A stretch of 64,000 nt of DNA from an uncultured virus (IMG/VR IMGVR_UViG_2030936005_000022) (IMGVR_UViG_2030936005_000022:1-64000); one strand, 5' to 3'. Counted from the stretch's first letter, positions 42,054 to 50,989 are shown. Program-made: numbers and translations. The notes: generated by a model not told the origin, from the sequence alone.

Positions 42054-42637
42054 AGTAGACGCTCTTTTAATAGTTTTGCATGGCGGCGACGTTGATAAGC
42101 ATCATGTTCGCGTTTCCACTCAGCATGTTCAGAACGCTCTTTAATGAAATCTACTAATTTCAAGAATGTGTAAGCAGAGAGTCTATAATTAGTTCCGTCA
42201 AAAACCAAATCTGGACGTTGTTTGGACATGTAAAGATTACCAAAAGAGTAATAACGGTTTGAAATCCATACTTCTTCAGTAGTATTAAAATCAAGTGTAT
42301 GTGCACCAATTTTATAACTGATTATGCCACGTTCTGCATTTAGAATCAATAAGTTTATGTGCCGATCAGCATCATATGCGATTGGGCGACTGTCATACTT
42401 ACGAAATTCCTGCCATGCGTTACTGTGGATGAATTTCAAACGCGACAAGTACTCTTCTTCGGTTTCATCAGGAGTTTTGTAGTCTACTATTGTCATACCA
42501 CTTTCTGGATCTACATTAACTTCTGGATTACTAACTTTTGGAAATATCTTGTTTTTGGGCCAAAAACGTTGATACCCAATATAGGCTCCTAAAGGTAATG
42601 AGCCACTAATGATACATGCAATAATAGTCTCTAACAT
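42050..42637 (-). CDS. Hypothetical protein with N-terminal TM anchor
   Basis: 195 aa. Confidence 0.6.
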   Translation of the reverse strand: MLETIIACIISGSLPLGAYIGYQRFWPKNKIFPKVSNPEVNVDPESGMTIVDYKTPDETEEEYLSRLKFIHSNAWQEFRKYDSRPIAYDADRHINLLILNAERGIISYKIGAHTLDFNTTEEVWISNRYYSFGNLYMSKQRPDLVFDGTNYRLSAYTFLKLVDFIKERSEHAEWKREHDAYQRRRHAKLLKERLL

Positions 42638-42645
42638 GGTTTCCT

Positions 42646-42984
42646 CTATTTGGTATGTTTTGTGCTTTCGAAGTACATTGTATCAGTACTGGTCTCTAGT
42701 GTAAAGCTCTTTTGACATAATTTTTCCGCTAGACGGAAACCAAACTGTGTACATAGCTTAGTAATTTCTTCAGGATCGCGTGGGAAACGTGGATAGTTAA
42801 TTACACGAATAAGCATCCCTGATTCCTGACCACCAGTGTAGATGTACTCTACTTTAGATACTTGGAAACAAAATCCAAATTCATAAGTAATGCGATTACA
42901 TTCCTGCTGGCAAACATCGAAGTTTCCAGCAATATGTAGATTTGCGTAAAACGTTGGTACTGTATTTTTTAATTCAAAACTCAT
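42646..42984 (-). CDS. Conserved phage hypothetical protein
   Basis: YIYTGGQESG..INYPRFP motif. Confidence 0.65.
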   Translation of the reverse strand: MSFELKNTVPTFYANLHIAGNFDVCQQECNRITYEFGFCFQVSKVEYIYTGGQESGMLIRVINYPRFPRDPEEITKLCTQFGFRLAEKLCQKSFTLETSTDTMYFESTKHTK

Positions 42985-43430
42985 TCTATTGTTACCTTCT
43001 CTTTTTTGAGGCTAAAGCCTTTTCTTGCACTACTAATATCTTTAATTCCTAGGAACTCTTCTTTGAACGATACTAAGTACTTACGAGTATCTAAAGTTAG
43101 GTCACCACGTACTACTTCCGTTTTGTAACTCTCTTTATTATTAAAGAAGGTGTACTTTACGTAGCACTGTCCAAATTTTTCAGAGTTGTAATCATCAGCG
43201 TATACTTTAAAACGGTACTGATCTGTTTCAATCTGAATCATACCTTCAGAGTTAAAGATTGCACGACCATTACCAGCTTGAACCTGTGCCATCATCATGA
43301 GTAATTCGCGGTCGTATTGACTATTAACGTCTAACACCATTTTGGCTTGTAGTTTCTCGCCAAACCAACCACCATTAATCAAGAATGGTAGTACTAATAC
43401 AGCAGATAAAATGTTTAAAGCAATTAACAT
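42981..43430 (-). CDS. Hypothetical protein with N-terminal TM anchor
   Basis: 149 aa; RBS GGAGA. Confidence 0.6.
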   Translation of the reverse strand: MLIALNILSAVLVLPFLINGGWFGEKLQAKMVLDVNSQYDRELLMMMAQVQAGNGRAIFNSEGMIQIETDQYRFKVYADDYNSEKFGQCYVKYTFFNNKESYKTEVVRGDLTLDTRKYLVSFKEEFLGIKDISSARKGFSLKKEKVTIE

Positions 43431-43488
43431 AATGTATTCTCCATAGGAAATAAAAAAAGACCCCGGTTAAGGAGCTTTTATTATTACA

Positions 43489-43710
43489 TTATTCTTCGTC
43501 AGTGTCAAGCACTTCTTTGTACTGTGACCATACGATTCCAGCAAAGAGTGCAATAGCAGCAATCACTAGAATAAAAGTAGGAACAATACTTAGAAGAATT
43601 GCTACTACCACTGCGATTAGTGCACCGCTTGCAGTACTGAACACGTCCTGTACGCCATCCCAAATGCTGCTGGCTACTTTACGTGCAATACTCATAATTA
43701 CATCTGTCAT
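43489..43710 (-). CDS. Small membrane protein
   Basis: 73 aa with a long hydrophobic stretch. Confidence 0.6.
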   Translation of the reverse strand: MTDVIMSIARKVASSIWDGVQDVFSTASGALIAVVVAILLSIVPTFILVIAAIALFAGIVWSQYKEVLDTDEE

Positions 43711-44276
43711 TTTTGACCTCTATGTTGTTTGTGACATTTTCTACACATGCTTTTGTAGGATTCATTACCACCCATGAATACTAAGTCTGTGTTATCCACC
43801 AGCCTAGCTGTCATGATAGCTTTGTTTCCACAATCACATATACTATTAAGATCTTCTAGGTCATCGGCAATCTCTAAGAGATGTGCTGACCCTTCGAATA
43901 GCTTGCCAGAAAAATCAGTCCTAAGACCATAGCAATACACATCGACACCTAGATTATCCACTATTTCTGCCAATTTGTCAACCTGTTCTTTATTCAAGAA
44001 CTGACATTCATCCACAAAAACTGCTTTGTATTCATCATGGTCTTCAATCTCCATATAGAATACTTCAAGTTCTTGTAACGAATTTGGTTTTATTACAAAT
44101 GCATCTGAATCAATGCCAATTCGGGAAGTAATCTTCCCTTCACTATACCTCGTGTCCAACGATGATGTAAGATACATCACCTCAAAACCACGTTCTTTAT
44201 AGCTAAAGGCTTTCCTCAATAGATCAGTACTTTTCCCTGAGTTCATAGCTGCGAACTTATAGTATAAACTAGCCAT
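43707..44276 (-). CDS. tdk: Thymidine kinase
   Basis: AMNSGKST, VFVDECQFL, YGLRTDF, GGNESYKSMCRKCH. Confidence 0.96.
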   Translation of the reverse strand: MASLYYKFAAMNSGKSTDLLRKAFSYKERGFEVMYLTSSLDTRYSEGKITSRIGIDSDAFVIKPNSLQELEVFYMEIEDHDEYKAVFVDECQFLNKEQVDKLAEIVDNLGVDVYCYGLRTDFSGKLFEGSAHLLEIADDLEDLNSICDCGNKAIMTARLVDNTDLVFMGGNESYKSMCRKCHKQHRGQK

Positions 44277-44454
44277 CGTTGGAAATCCTAATACTATCTC
44301 CGTAGCTGTTTATTTTTTCACCATCATATTCAATTTCAACGTTTACGTTCCAGTACTCGTTGTTAGAATAAGGTTCAGCAGTAATACTCACTTGTACTGT
44401 CATATTTTCTAATATCAATTCTTTGATATACGCTTCAATTTCTTCTTTAGTCAT
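44269..44454 (-). CDS. Hypothetical protein
   Basis: 61 aa coupled ORF. Confidence 0.55.
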   Translation of the reverse strand: MTKEEIEAYIKELILENMTVQVSITAEPYSNNEYWNVNVEIEYDGEKINSYGDSIRISNDG

Positions 44455-44657
44455 TAACTTACCTTACTGACACGATCATGATCGCGACAATAAGTGGTTT
44501 CGACAATTTTTCCATCAACTATAGGATTCATCCAAACTTTCTTAGGTGTAACTTTGAAGATTTTTCCCATTAGAAGTGTACTACCATTGTCATGACCAAA
44601 TGCCACGATATCATCAATATTAACTTCTTTTCCGCTTACGTCTTTCGCTTCCATCAT
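44454..44657 (-). CDS. Hypothetical protein
   Basis: 67 aa coupled ORF. Confidence 0.55.
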   Translation of the reverse strand: MMEAKDVSGKEVNIDDIVAFGHDNGSTLLMGKIFKVTPKKVWMNPIVDGKIVETTYCRDHDRVSKVS

Positions 44658-44988
44658 TATACCTTATTATAGTTCTTTTAAATGTACGATTCCTTTCATT
44701 GTACATTTCTATTTTTCCATCTTTAAGCAACTTCTGTAAATCGGGGTCTGCTTTCGTTTGAATGCATCCCTTCCCATTTACACGAAGTAAATAACCTGTT
44801 TGTAATAAACTGATTATAGCTTGTCTCCGTATAGAACCAAAAGGTAAATCTCTTATCTTCTGCATTGCTATAAGAGAGGTACTCGGTAGGTATATAAGAT
44901 TTCCATCTTTATCTGTTTTTGTTGTATATGCTTCTGGATTTAACCCTTTAAGAGTGTGACCCCGCTTACTCCAATAACCCCTAGCCAT
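44620..44988 (-). CDS. Hypothetical protein
   Basis: 122 aa. Confidence 0.55.
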   Translation of the reverse strand: MARGYWSKRGHTLKGLNPEAYTTKTDKDGNLIYLPSTSLIAMQKIRDLPFGSIRRQAIISLLQTGYLLRVNGKGCIQTKADPDLQKLLKDGKIEMYNERNRTFKRTIIRYNDGSERRKRKRS

Positions 44989-44996
44989 TTCTTTAT

Positions 44997-45497
44997 TTAC
45001 CTCATATCAGGATATTTTGCTAAAAGTTCTTTAAGTAAAGCCCTTTCTTCTGTAGATTTTTTCGCTAGACGTATTCTTTCTTTTTCATCTTTCTTAGCTT
45101 GTGCTAAGTACTTTTCTTCGATATCTATATAGTTATTTGTAAACGTATATAGATCACCGACATATTGCACTGCCTTGTATTGAATAGAATTACAATCCAA
45201 TTCAATCTCTTCCACACTTGGCATACTACAATTATTAAATGAACCTTCAAAGTTCCAATCGTTACTGATTAGTACTCCATTTTTCAATACCGCAAAACCA
45301 TAAGTACCGTAATAGTACTTTCTATTGTTTTGGATACGATCACCACGTTGCATATGCTCCTGTTGGGAAGTTTTTAACATCACGTATCTTTCAACCTCAG
45401 ATAGTGATTCAAAGTTTTCCATGCAAAACTCACCTTCGGAAGCATGATAGTTTTCGTTGTCATCACCTCTTTCACGATGAAATAGCACAGTATACAT
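44997..45497 (-). CDS. Hypothetical protein
   Basis: 166 aa. Confidence 0.6.
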   Translation of the reverse strand: MYTVLFHRERGDDNENYHASEGEFCMENFESLSEVERYVMLKTSQQEHMQRGDRIQNNRKYYYGTYGFAVLKNGVLISNDWNFEGSFNNCSMPSVEEIELDCNSIQYKAVQYVGDLYTFTNNYIDIEEKYLAQAKKDEKERIRLAKKSTEERALLKELLAKYPDMR

Positions 45498-45775
45498 TAT
45501 AGCACCTTATTACATAGAACTAGTAATGCCGTAGCATGGGATATTTGTGGTGCAGAATTCAATTCATTCATCTGTTCTTCTACACTACTGTTATAGTCCA
45601 ATTCCTGATTTTGTACAAAATAGAACTGGAATGTAATATTCATAGTATCATCACGATTATCACGAATGTAGGTATTCAACTGATCAATACTCTCAACAAT
45701 AGTAGTATCATCTACCATGTAATGATTTTGACCACTAAAGCCATTTAGGATTGAAACGATTAGTACTTTAGTCAT
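45497..45775 (-). CDS. Hypothetical protein
   Basis: ATG 45775 after RBS GGAGG. Confidence 0.55.
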   Translation of the reverse strand: MTKVLIVSILNGFSGQNHYMVDDTTIVESIDQLNTYIRDNRDDTMNITFQFYFVQNQELDYNSSVEEQMNELNSAPQISHATALLVLCNKVL

Positions 45776-46112
45776 CGTAGTGACCTCCAAAATAAACTTT
45801 ACCTTCAAATCCAAAACGTTCTTTGAATTCTTCTTGTACTTCCATTGTTTTCTTCATAACATCTGTGAAATTCAATTCTTCAGCACTTCCATAAACATCT
45901 AGTACTTCGAATCCAATAACAACATCTTCATCAGATTCATCATAGTGATGTGGAACAATAAAAGACATATTTTCATCATCCATTTCTAACACTTTAAAAA
46001 TGTCTTCAGATGGATAATCTTCATCTTCCCACTCGGAAACTAAAGCAGTAATATCCTTATCTCTCCACTCTTTTACAGTAAAACCTACTACAATCTTTGC
46101 TTCTACACCCAT
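45768..46112 (-). CDS. Hypothetical acidic protein
   Basis: 114 aa. Confidence 0.6.
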   Translation of the reverse strand: MGVEAKIVVGFTVKEWRDKDITALVSEWEDEDYPSEDIFKVLEMDDENMSFIVPHHYDESDEDVVIGFEVLDVYGSAEELNFTDVMKKTMEVQEEFKERFGFEGKVYFGGHYDD

Positions 46113-46651
46113 CAGATGATCCCCGCTTTAATAAATTCTAGTGCTTCTTCCCATTTGAATTTCTGCCAAACAGGTTTCCATGTATCATCTGGTACTTCAG
46201 TAATAATTTCAACATGGAGTACATCATCCGTCGTGTAATGAGTTGTATGCAGTTCACCAATCTTCCCATCAATATATCCACCATCGGAATATCCGGGAAC
46301 AGTCAAGATCCAAGTGCCAGAATGCCAATCTACGTAGTTACAGATGTACTCATTTTCCATAAAGTCGCGTAGGTTTGAAACATTACAACCTTGTTCACCA
46401 CAACGGAACCAAGTACCGTCAAATAGCTGAATACGTACTGCACCAACCTGTGGTTTATCTGATGGTGCTAGGGGGTCATTATTTTCAATGTATTCAGTAC
46501 TGATAAAGAACCCACTAGGAGTAGTTTGAATGCCTACTACACGTTCGGAGAAATGGAAGCTGTCTCCGAAATCTTGGGTATAATATCCTTCATGAAACAC
46601 ATCTGCTTCAGGGTTTTCCAAGAGTAATGCTGCTAAGTCTTTTGCTTTCAT
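46112..46651 (-). CDS. Hypothetical protein
   Basis: 179 aa. Confidence 0.6.
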   Translation of the reverse strand: MKAKDLAALLLENPEADVFHEGYYTQDFGDSFHFSERVVGIQTTPSGFFISTEYIENNDPLAPSDKPQVGAVRIQLFDGTWFRCGEQGCNVSNLRDFMENEYICNYVDWHSGTWILTVPGYSDGGYIDGKIGELHTTHYTTDDVLHVEIITEVPDDTWKPVWQKFKWEEALEFIKAGII

Positions 46652-46992
46652 TATTTCCCTCTGAATTCTTTTAGTTCAAGTGTACTCATTGGTGAGTCAC
46701 ATCCGTCATACCAAACTGAGTGGTAGATATCTACTGTTTCTTCTTTAACAATCATACCATGTTTGTCGCACAAGTCAATAAATTCTTGGAAATTGCCAAA
46801 TTCCCTTGTGCCATAAATGAACCCAGCTTCCCATGATTCACCTTCAAAGTTTTTATGATAAATCAAAGTTCCTTCATTGTTAATGAAAAGGTTTACTGCT
46901 TCTAGCTCGTCATAAACATCATCACGTTTATCTTGCGGTACTTCAAATTGAAGTTCTGCCATTAGGCCGTATGTTACTCGTTCAGTACTCAT
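46651..46992 (-). CDS. Hypothetical protein
   Basis: 113 aa. Confidence 0.6.
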   Translation of the reverse strand: MSTERVTYGLMAELQFEVPQDKRDDVYDELEAVNLFINNEGTLIYHKNFEGESWEAGFIYGTREFGNFQEFIDLCDKHGMIVKEETVDIYHSVWYDGCDSPMSTLELKEFRGK

Positions 46993-47192
46993 TATAGACT
47001 CCCCTTATGTTCGTTTACAAAGTCATATACTTCATCAATACTCTTAAACCAGCCACCGTCGATTTCATCTTCAGTTTCATAGTCTAGTACATCAATTCCT
47101 ATATTATCAACTGCATTATCATAGACAACAAACAAGTACTTCTGTTCGTGTTCTACTTCCTCAATTAGTTCATACAAATCATCAATAGTCAT
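46992..47192 (-). CDS. Hypothetical acidic protein
   Basis: Likely ATG 47192. Confidence 0.5.
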   Translation of the reverse strand: MTIDDLYELIEEVEHEQKYLFVVYDNAVDNIGIDVLDYETEDEIDGGWFKSIDEVYDFVNEHKGSL

Positions 47193-47234
47193 AATTTTAC
47201 CCAAAAGAAAAGGACGCAAAATAGCGTCCCTGTT

Positions 47235-47675
47235 TTATTGTAAATGTTTAAGTTTGTAGAGCGTCCGTTCTACAAATGAGATAATATCCTCTAGACTATT
47301 AACTGAACCGAAATCTTCTCTGGCTTCTAATAGCTGGTGGATATACTTAGCTTGTTCTACATAAGATTCCAATGTAGGAATTGCTTGCTCAAGTGGAAGG
47401 AAACAATAATCTGTATCCATGCCAATTGGTAATGGTCCTCTTGAGTTCATTAGTCCTTCAACAAATGAATCAACGATTTCCGGTAATTCTTTATAGAACT
47501 CATCAAGTTCCATGTGTTTTGAATACATACTGCATTGTAAATGCCAGTGATGACCTAAAGCTGGCAAAAATAAACTATTATCAACAAAAGTTAATAATGC
47601 AATATCTGAGTCATCAGTTTGTTCAGTACTATCCACGTAGTCCATCATACTACGCATATCTTCATATTCGTCCAT
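47235..47675 (-). CDS. Ferritin/Dps-like protein (DUF5856-like)
   Basis: HHWHLQ..YSKHMELDEFY..DSFVE..LEDI..TLYKL. Confidence 0.75.
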   Translation of the reverse strand: MDEYEDMRSMMDYVDSTEQTDDSDIALLTFVDNSLFLPALGHHWHLQCSMYSKHMELDEFYKELPEIVDSFVEGLMNSRGPLPIGMDTDYCFLPLEQAIPTLESYVEQAKYIHQLLEAREDFGSVNSLEDIISFVERTLYKLKHLQ

Positions 47676-47706
47676 ATTAATATCCTCATAGAGTTATATG
47701 AGGTAT

Positions 47707-48108
47707 TTAGTTCTGGAAAGAAAAGTTAACTCCCGATCTAAAATGCTTATTAATATGAGTCATTGTCTCAGATAGACGTTCAAGATCATACGTATTTCTA
47801 TTTCGAATATTCACAATCATTGCATGATCTACATCGGTAACATCCATAAGTTCACACCACTTCTTCATAAAGAAGAGTGTTTTTGGTCTTTTTAGTACTT
47901 CAACTTGTCTTGGGAATCCAATTAAGTAGACATTCTCTCCACACTCTGCGTGATGTACACAGAAATCTAATATTTCATGACAATCAATTGGTTCATCTGG
48001 ATTCATGAAGGTTAGATCGTTTGGATATACAGAGGATAATTGAATGTATATAGAGGTTAAATTTTGGAAGAATTCACTTTCTTTACTGAAGTCAATTATT
48101 TTTGTCAT
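47707..48108 (-). CDS. Hypothetical protein
   Basis: Likely ATG 48108 (RBS AAAGAGA). Confidence 0.55.
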   Translation of the reverse strand: MTKIIDFSKESEFFQNLTSIYIQLSSVYPNDLTFMNPDEPIDCHEILDFCVHHAECGENVYLIGFPRQVEVLKRPKTLFFMKKWCELMDVTDVDHAMIVNIRNRNTYDLERLSETMTHINKHFRSGVNFSFQN

Positions 48109-48286
48109 ATTATAATTCTCTTTATATTCGCTGACCAACTCATTGCATTCGTTAGTCAAGAATTCATTACTTCGTTAGCTATCGCTATCGCTCATCTAAC
48201 TTGTACTGAATTGGAATATTTCAATTGTACTTTAATTATTGACACGGTTTGTTAGCCAATTCCACTCCCCCCACAAAGGAGGGACG

Positions 48287-48309
48287 AAAAAAAATCAGGA
48301 TAATCCTGA
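48287..48309 (-). terminator. Intrinsic terminator ending the putative ncRNA
   Basis: Minus strand TCAGGA-TTA-TCCTGA-TTTTTTTT. Confidence 0.7.
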
Positions 48310-48771
48310 CACTGGTAGTCATACCAATCTGAATTTGTAGATTTTACTCAAATTCCAGACGGATCAATCCATTTGGAATAAAAGTAATCGCTGGCGGGTT
48401 GTCCGGTTTCCAGCTACTACAGTCGCATACAACGGTCGTGTTCCTCACACGCATACAGTACTTGCTAATTCAGCAACAAATACTGCTGTCTCTCCGTAAA
48501 GAGACTCCCTTTCAACTAGGTGAGTATGCCTCATATGTCTATCTAGGGCGTTTATGTTTTCTTACACGCCTTTATTGTGCCGCATTGCCGTGTCGCGTGT
48601 GATTTACTGTCCATTGGATTGACTACACTTACGCTTTATTACTGACGGGTTTCTTTTGCACATCGTACTGAACGAACTACTCATCTGCCATCTACTTTTC
48701 GATAGGATCAGGTTTCAATCTTCATGCTTTCACATGTCATTCAGGATTGGTATGACGAGGGTATCCCTCAT
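48287..48771 (-). ncRNA. Putative large (~480 nt) structured non-coding RNA of unknown class
   Basis: No credible ORF; promoter at 48777-48805; terminator at 48287-48309; 17-bp closing helix; many nested hairpins with GNRA/UNCG-type loops. Confidence 0.7.
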
Positions 48772-48776
48772 CATAT

Positions 48777-48807
48777 ATTATATCACAAAAAAACCCTTTT
48801 GTCCCAA
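48777..48807 (-). promoter_or_regulatory. Conserved phage promoter, copy 5 (drives the ncRNA)
   Basis: Minus strand TTGGGACA-AAAGGGTTTTTTTGTGA-TATAAT. Confidence 0.8.
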
Positions 48808-48808
48808 C

Positions 48809-49198
48809 TTAAAGATAGGTACGCTTCAATTCAGTAGGTGAACGATCAAAGATTGCGTCAATAAATGCAATGTCCTCAAGGAGTTCAGTACTATCCTCTT
48901 TTCTACGCGAAGTTTTTTTGTACGGATTATTTATACCTGAAAAAATCACCTTCACCGGGGAGTCGGTATCAATCTCATTATCAATGAGAGTACAAGTATA
49001 AGAGAGCTTTAAGTACTTCTTATTCTCTTCTAGTGCTAAACGAGCTACTAATTCTTCTATACCAGTTAAATGTGAAATGCTATCAGATTCTTTCAAAAAG
49101 GTAATGGTGCACATAATACTTTTAGTATCGTACATATCAGTTACGTTCTTAACAGCACTAACACATTCTAGTCCAGAAAAATCAATATCTTGAATCAT
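48809..49198 (-). CDS. Hypothetical protein
   Basis: 129 aa. Confidence 0.6.
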   Translation of the reverse strand: MIQDIDFSGLECVSAVKNVTDMYDTKSIMCTITFLKESDSISHLTGIEELVARLALEENKKYLKLSYTCTLIDNEIDTDSPVKVIFSGINNPYKKTSRRKEDSTELLEDIAFIDAIFDRSPTELKRTYL

Positions 49199-49548
49199 CT
49201 AGTTCCCCATTTAATTACAGTAGTAGTTACTTGTTCTTCCCAAACATCAACAATATCGCAATCCACACCCTCTTTATCATAATAGAAGGGGGTAAGCATC
49301 TGTGACTCGGTAAGCCCTTGTTCATAACGAGTATGATACCCTTCTCCGGTCTCGGTGTCAATAAAAACTAGATCGTGAACACTGTTCCAGCGGGTGGTAT
49401 CTACCTGCTCATTGTGAAGTACTTCTAGTACTAAATCATCATCAAAAGCACCCATACTCTCGTTCCATTTCTGACCATAGAATGTAACTTTACCATATGA
49501 GTGTGCAAGACGTTCCATAACGTCTTGTGGGAATCGTTTTGTCTTCAT
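49195..49548 (-). CDS. Conserved phage hypothetical protein
   Basis: TTRW..VF..YEQGLTESQ motif; RBS GGAGA. Confidence 0.65.
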   Translation of the reverse strand: MKTKRFPQDVMERLAHSYGKVTFYGQKWNESMGAFDDDLVLEVLHNEQVDTTRWNSVHDLVFIDTETGEGYHTRYEQGLTESQMLTPFYYDKEGVDCDIVDVWEEQVTTTVIKWGTR

Positions 49549-49559
49549 AATTTCTCCAT

Positions 49560-49590
49560 AAAAAAAGGGAAACCCGTTTGGATTTCCCTT
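49560..49590 (-). terminator. Intrinsic terminator
   Basis: AAGGGAAA / TTTCCCTT inverted repeat with a T-run. Confidence 0.75.
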
Positions 49591-49601
49591 ATTGTATTTT
49601 A

Positions 49602-50243
49602 TTATGCCTGTTCTGTCAACACTTTTTTCAATGCTTTGTTATGACGATTATAAGCCCCTACATGAGCCGCACAGAGGCCGCTGAGGTAATCGGCTACCTT
49701 GGCTTCACGCATCTCATTGCGGTGCTTCACGATGGCCTTGTACTCTTCCGTACCCTCTTCACGCTTACGCAAACGATAATGATGTAGAGATGTAGCACGA
49801 CTAGTAATCAAAGACTGACCATGCTCTTTGTAGCGAGCCAAGAAATCTTCAAGGTTTGGATAGCGAGATCCACGTAGCTGATTACACTTTCTGCACATAG
49901 TGTTGAAGTTTGATTCAACATCGGGACCACCTTGGGATTTAAGAATGTTGTGGTCAACGGTCATTAGTTGCCAAAATTCACCCCAAGTAGTTTCTGCACG
50001 TCCATAAACGTTTAAGTGCATCATACCAAAGATAGCATGAGTACCTTTACCTTCTTCTAAACGTACTTCATGAGATTCGATCCCGCAGCAAATACATTTA
50101 CTATTCTTCAAGAAAGTTGCAACTTTCTCTGGGAAGTAGTTAAACTTCACACCATCAACTTCTGCACTTGTCATCGGACCAGAAGTTTTTAACGTTTTCA
50201 GAACATCTAATGGTAGTACTTTATTGACTTTATAACCCAGCAT
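49602..50243 (-). CDS. HNH endonuclease-domain protein
   Basis: CICCG..TVDHNILKSQGG..NFNTMCRKCNQLRG. Confidence 0.8.
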   Translation of the reverse strand: MLGYKVNKVLPLDVLKTLKTSGPMTSAEVDGVKFNYFPEKVATFLKNSKCICCGIESHEVRLEEGKGTHAIFGMMHLNVYGRAETTWGEFWQLMTVDHNILKSQGGPDVESNFNTMCRKCNQLRGSRYPNLEDFLARYKEHGQSLITSRATSLHHYRLRKREEGTEEYKAIVKHRNEMREAKVADYLSGLCAAHVGAYNRHNKALKKVLTEQA

Positions 50244-50254
50244 AATAAAACCTC

Positions 50255-50593
50255 TTATTTGGTTTGTATTTTTTGTGTCTCTTGAAGTTTACGGATAGTG
50301 TCTACCAGTGAATCATGTGTCACTGCACAATCGGTGTAAATATCATCCCATTTGACGAGTACTCTCATCGTTTCCTTACCATCATACAACTGTTGCCCGT
50401 TTTCGTCAAGCATTATATTGCCTTTTTCGTCACGTGCTGGTACTTCTGGTAATGGCGTATCTTTCGTACATTTTTTGAGTAATGACTCCTGTACGATAAT
50501 TGGCTTAACATCACCTTTGACGGTTTTTGCACAACCTGATAGAGACAATACTATCATAACGCAGCAAGCAATTGCAAGTAAAAATTTACGCAT
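50255..50593 (-). CDS. Outer-membrane spanin (Rz1-like lipoprotein)
   Basis: Signal peptide with lipobox LSGC; YTDCAVTHDSL end. Confidence 0.75.
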   Translation of the reverse strand: MRKFLLAIACCVMIVLSLSGCAKTVKGDVKPIIVQESLLKKCTKDTPLPEVPARDEKGNIMLDENGQQLYDGKETMRVLVKWDDIYTDCAVTHDSLVDTIRKLQETQKIQTK

Positions 50594-50946
50594 TAGTTAG
50601 TTCTCCGTTTATTAGATTCTTCCTTGAGCTTCTTAAGAGCGTCAACACCTTCTTGGTCGAGTGATGGGTTTTTGTAAACCTTCTTCTCTACAATGATGGG
50701 AATCTCTTTCTCAATAATTTGAGCCTTACTTTGTTTAATAAGTTCTTTAGTATCTTCTAAGTTCTTAGCACCTTGTGCCTGAATATCAGATAGACCCTTA
50801 TCAAACATCTTCTCAATTTTGGCTTCTAGGTTGTCTTTGTACCCATGATATACTTCATTCGATTTCCAACCACCCAAGAAAGCCCCAATAACAAAAACTA
50901 GTATTGCTAATGGCTTCCAAAATTTCTGTATGAATGCAAAATTCAT
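50593..50946 (-). CDS. Inner-membrane spanin (Rz-like)
   Basis: N-terminal TM (FLGGWK), coiled coil, EKEIPIIVEK; adjacent to the lipoprotein; late TAAATA upstream. Confidence 0.75.
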   Translation of the reverse strand: MNFAFIQKFWKPLAILVFVIGAFLGGWKSNEVYHGYKDNLEAKIEKMFDKGLSDIQAQGAKNLEDTKELIKQSKAQIIEKEIPIIVEKKVYKNPSLDQEGVDALKKLKEESNKRRTN

Positions 50947-50989
50947 ATATCCTCCTTTGTTTAACTACAATTATTTAGGAGGTACAAAT

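Noticed and set aside
48399..48841. Plus-strand ORFs 48399-48602 and 48656-48841
   Set aside because: TTG starts without RBS, opposite to all neighbouring genes, atypical composition; the region is better explained as structured RNA.
48287..50243. ncRNA as a retron msr-msd, or as an HNH-associated (HEARO/OMEGA) guide for the HNH gene at 49602
   Set aside because: No reverse transcriptase in the window. The HNH gene lacks recognisable RuvC motifs and is separated by a terminator and two genes. A trans partner elsewhere cannot be excluded.
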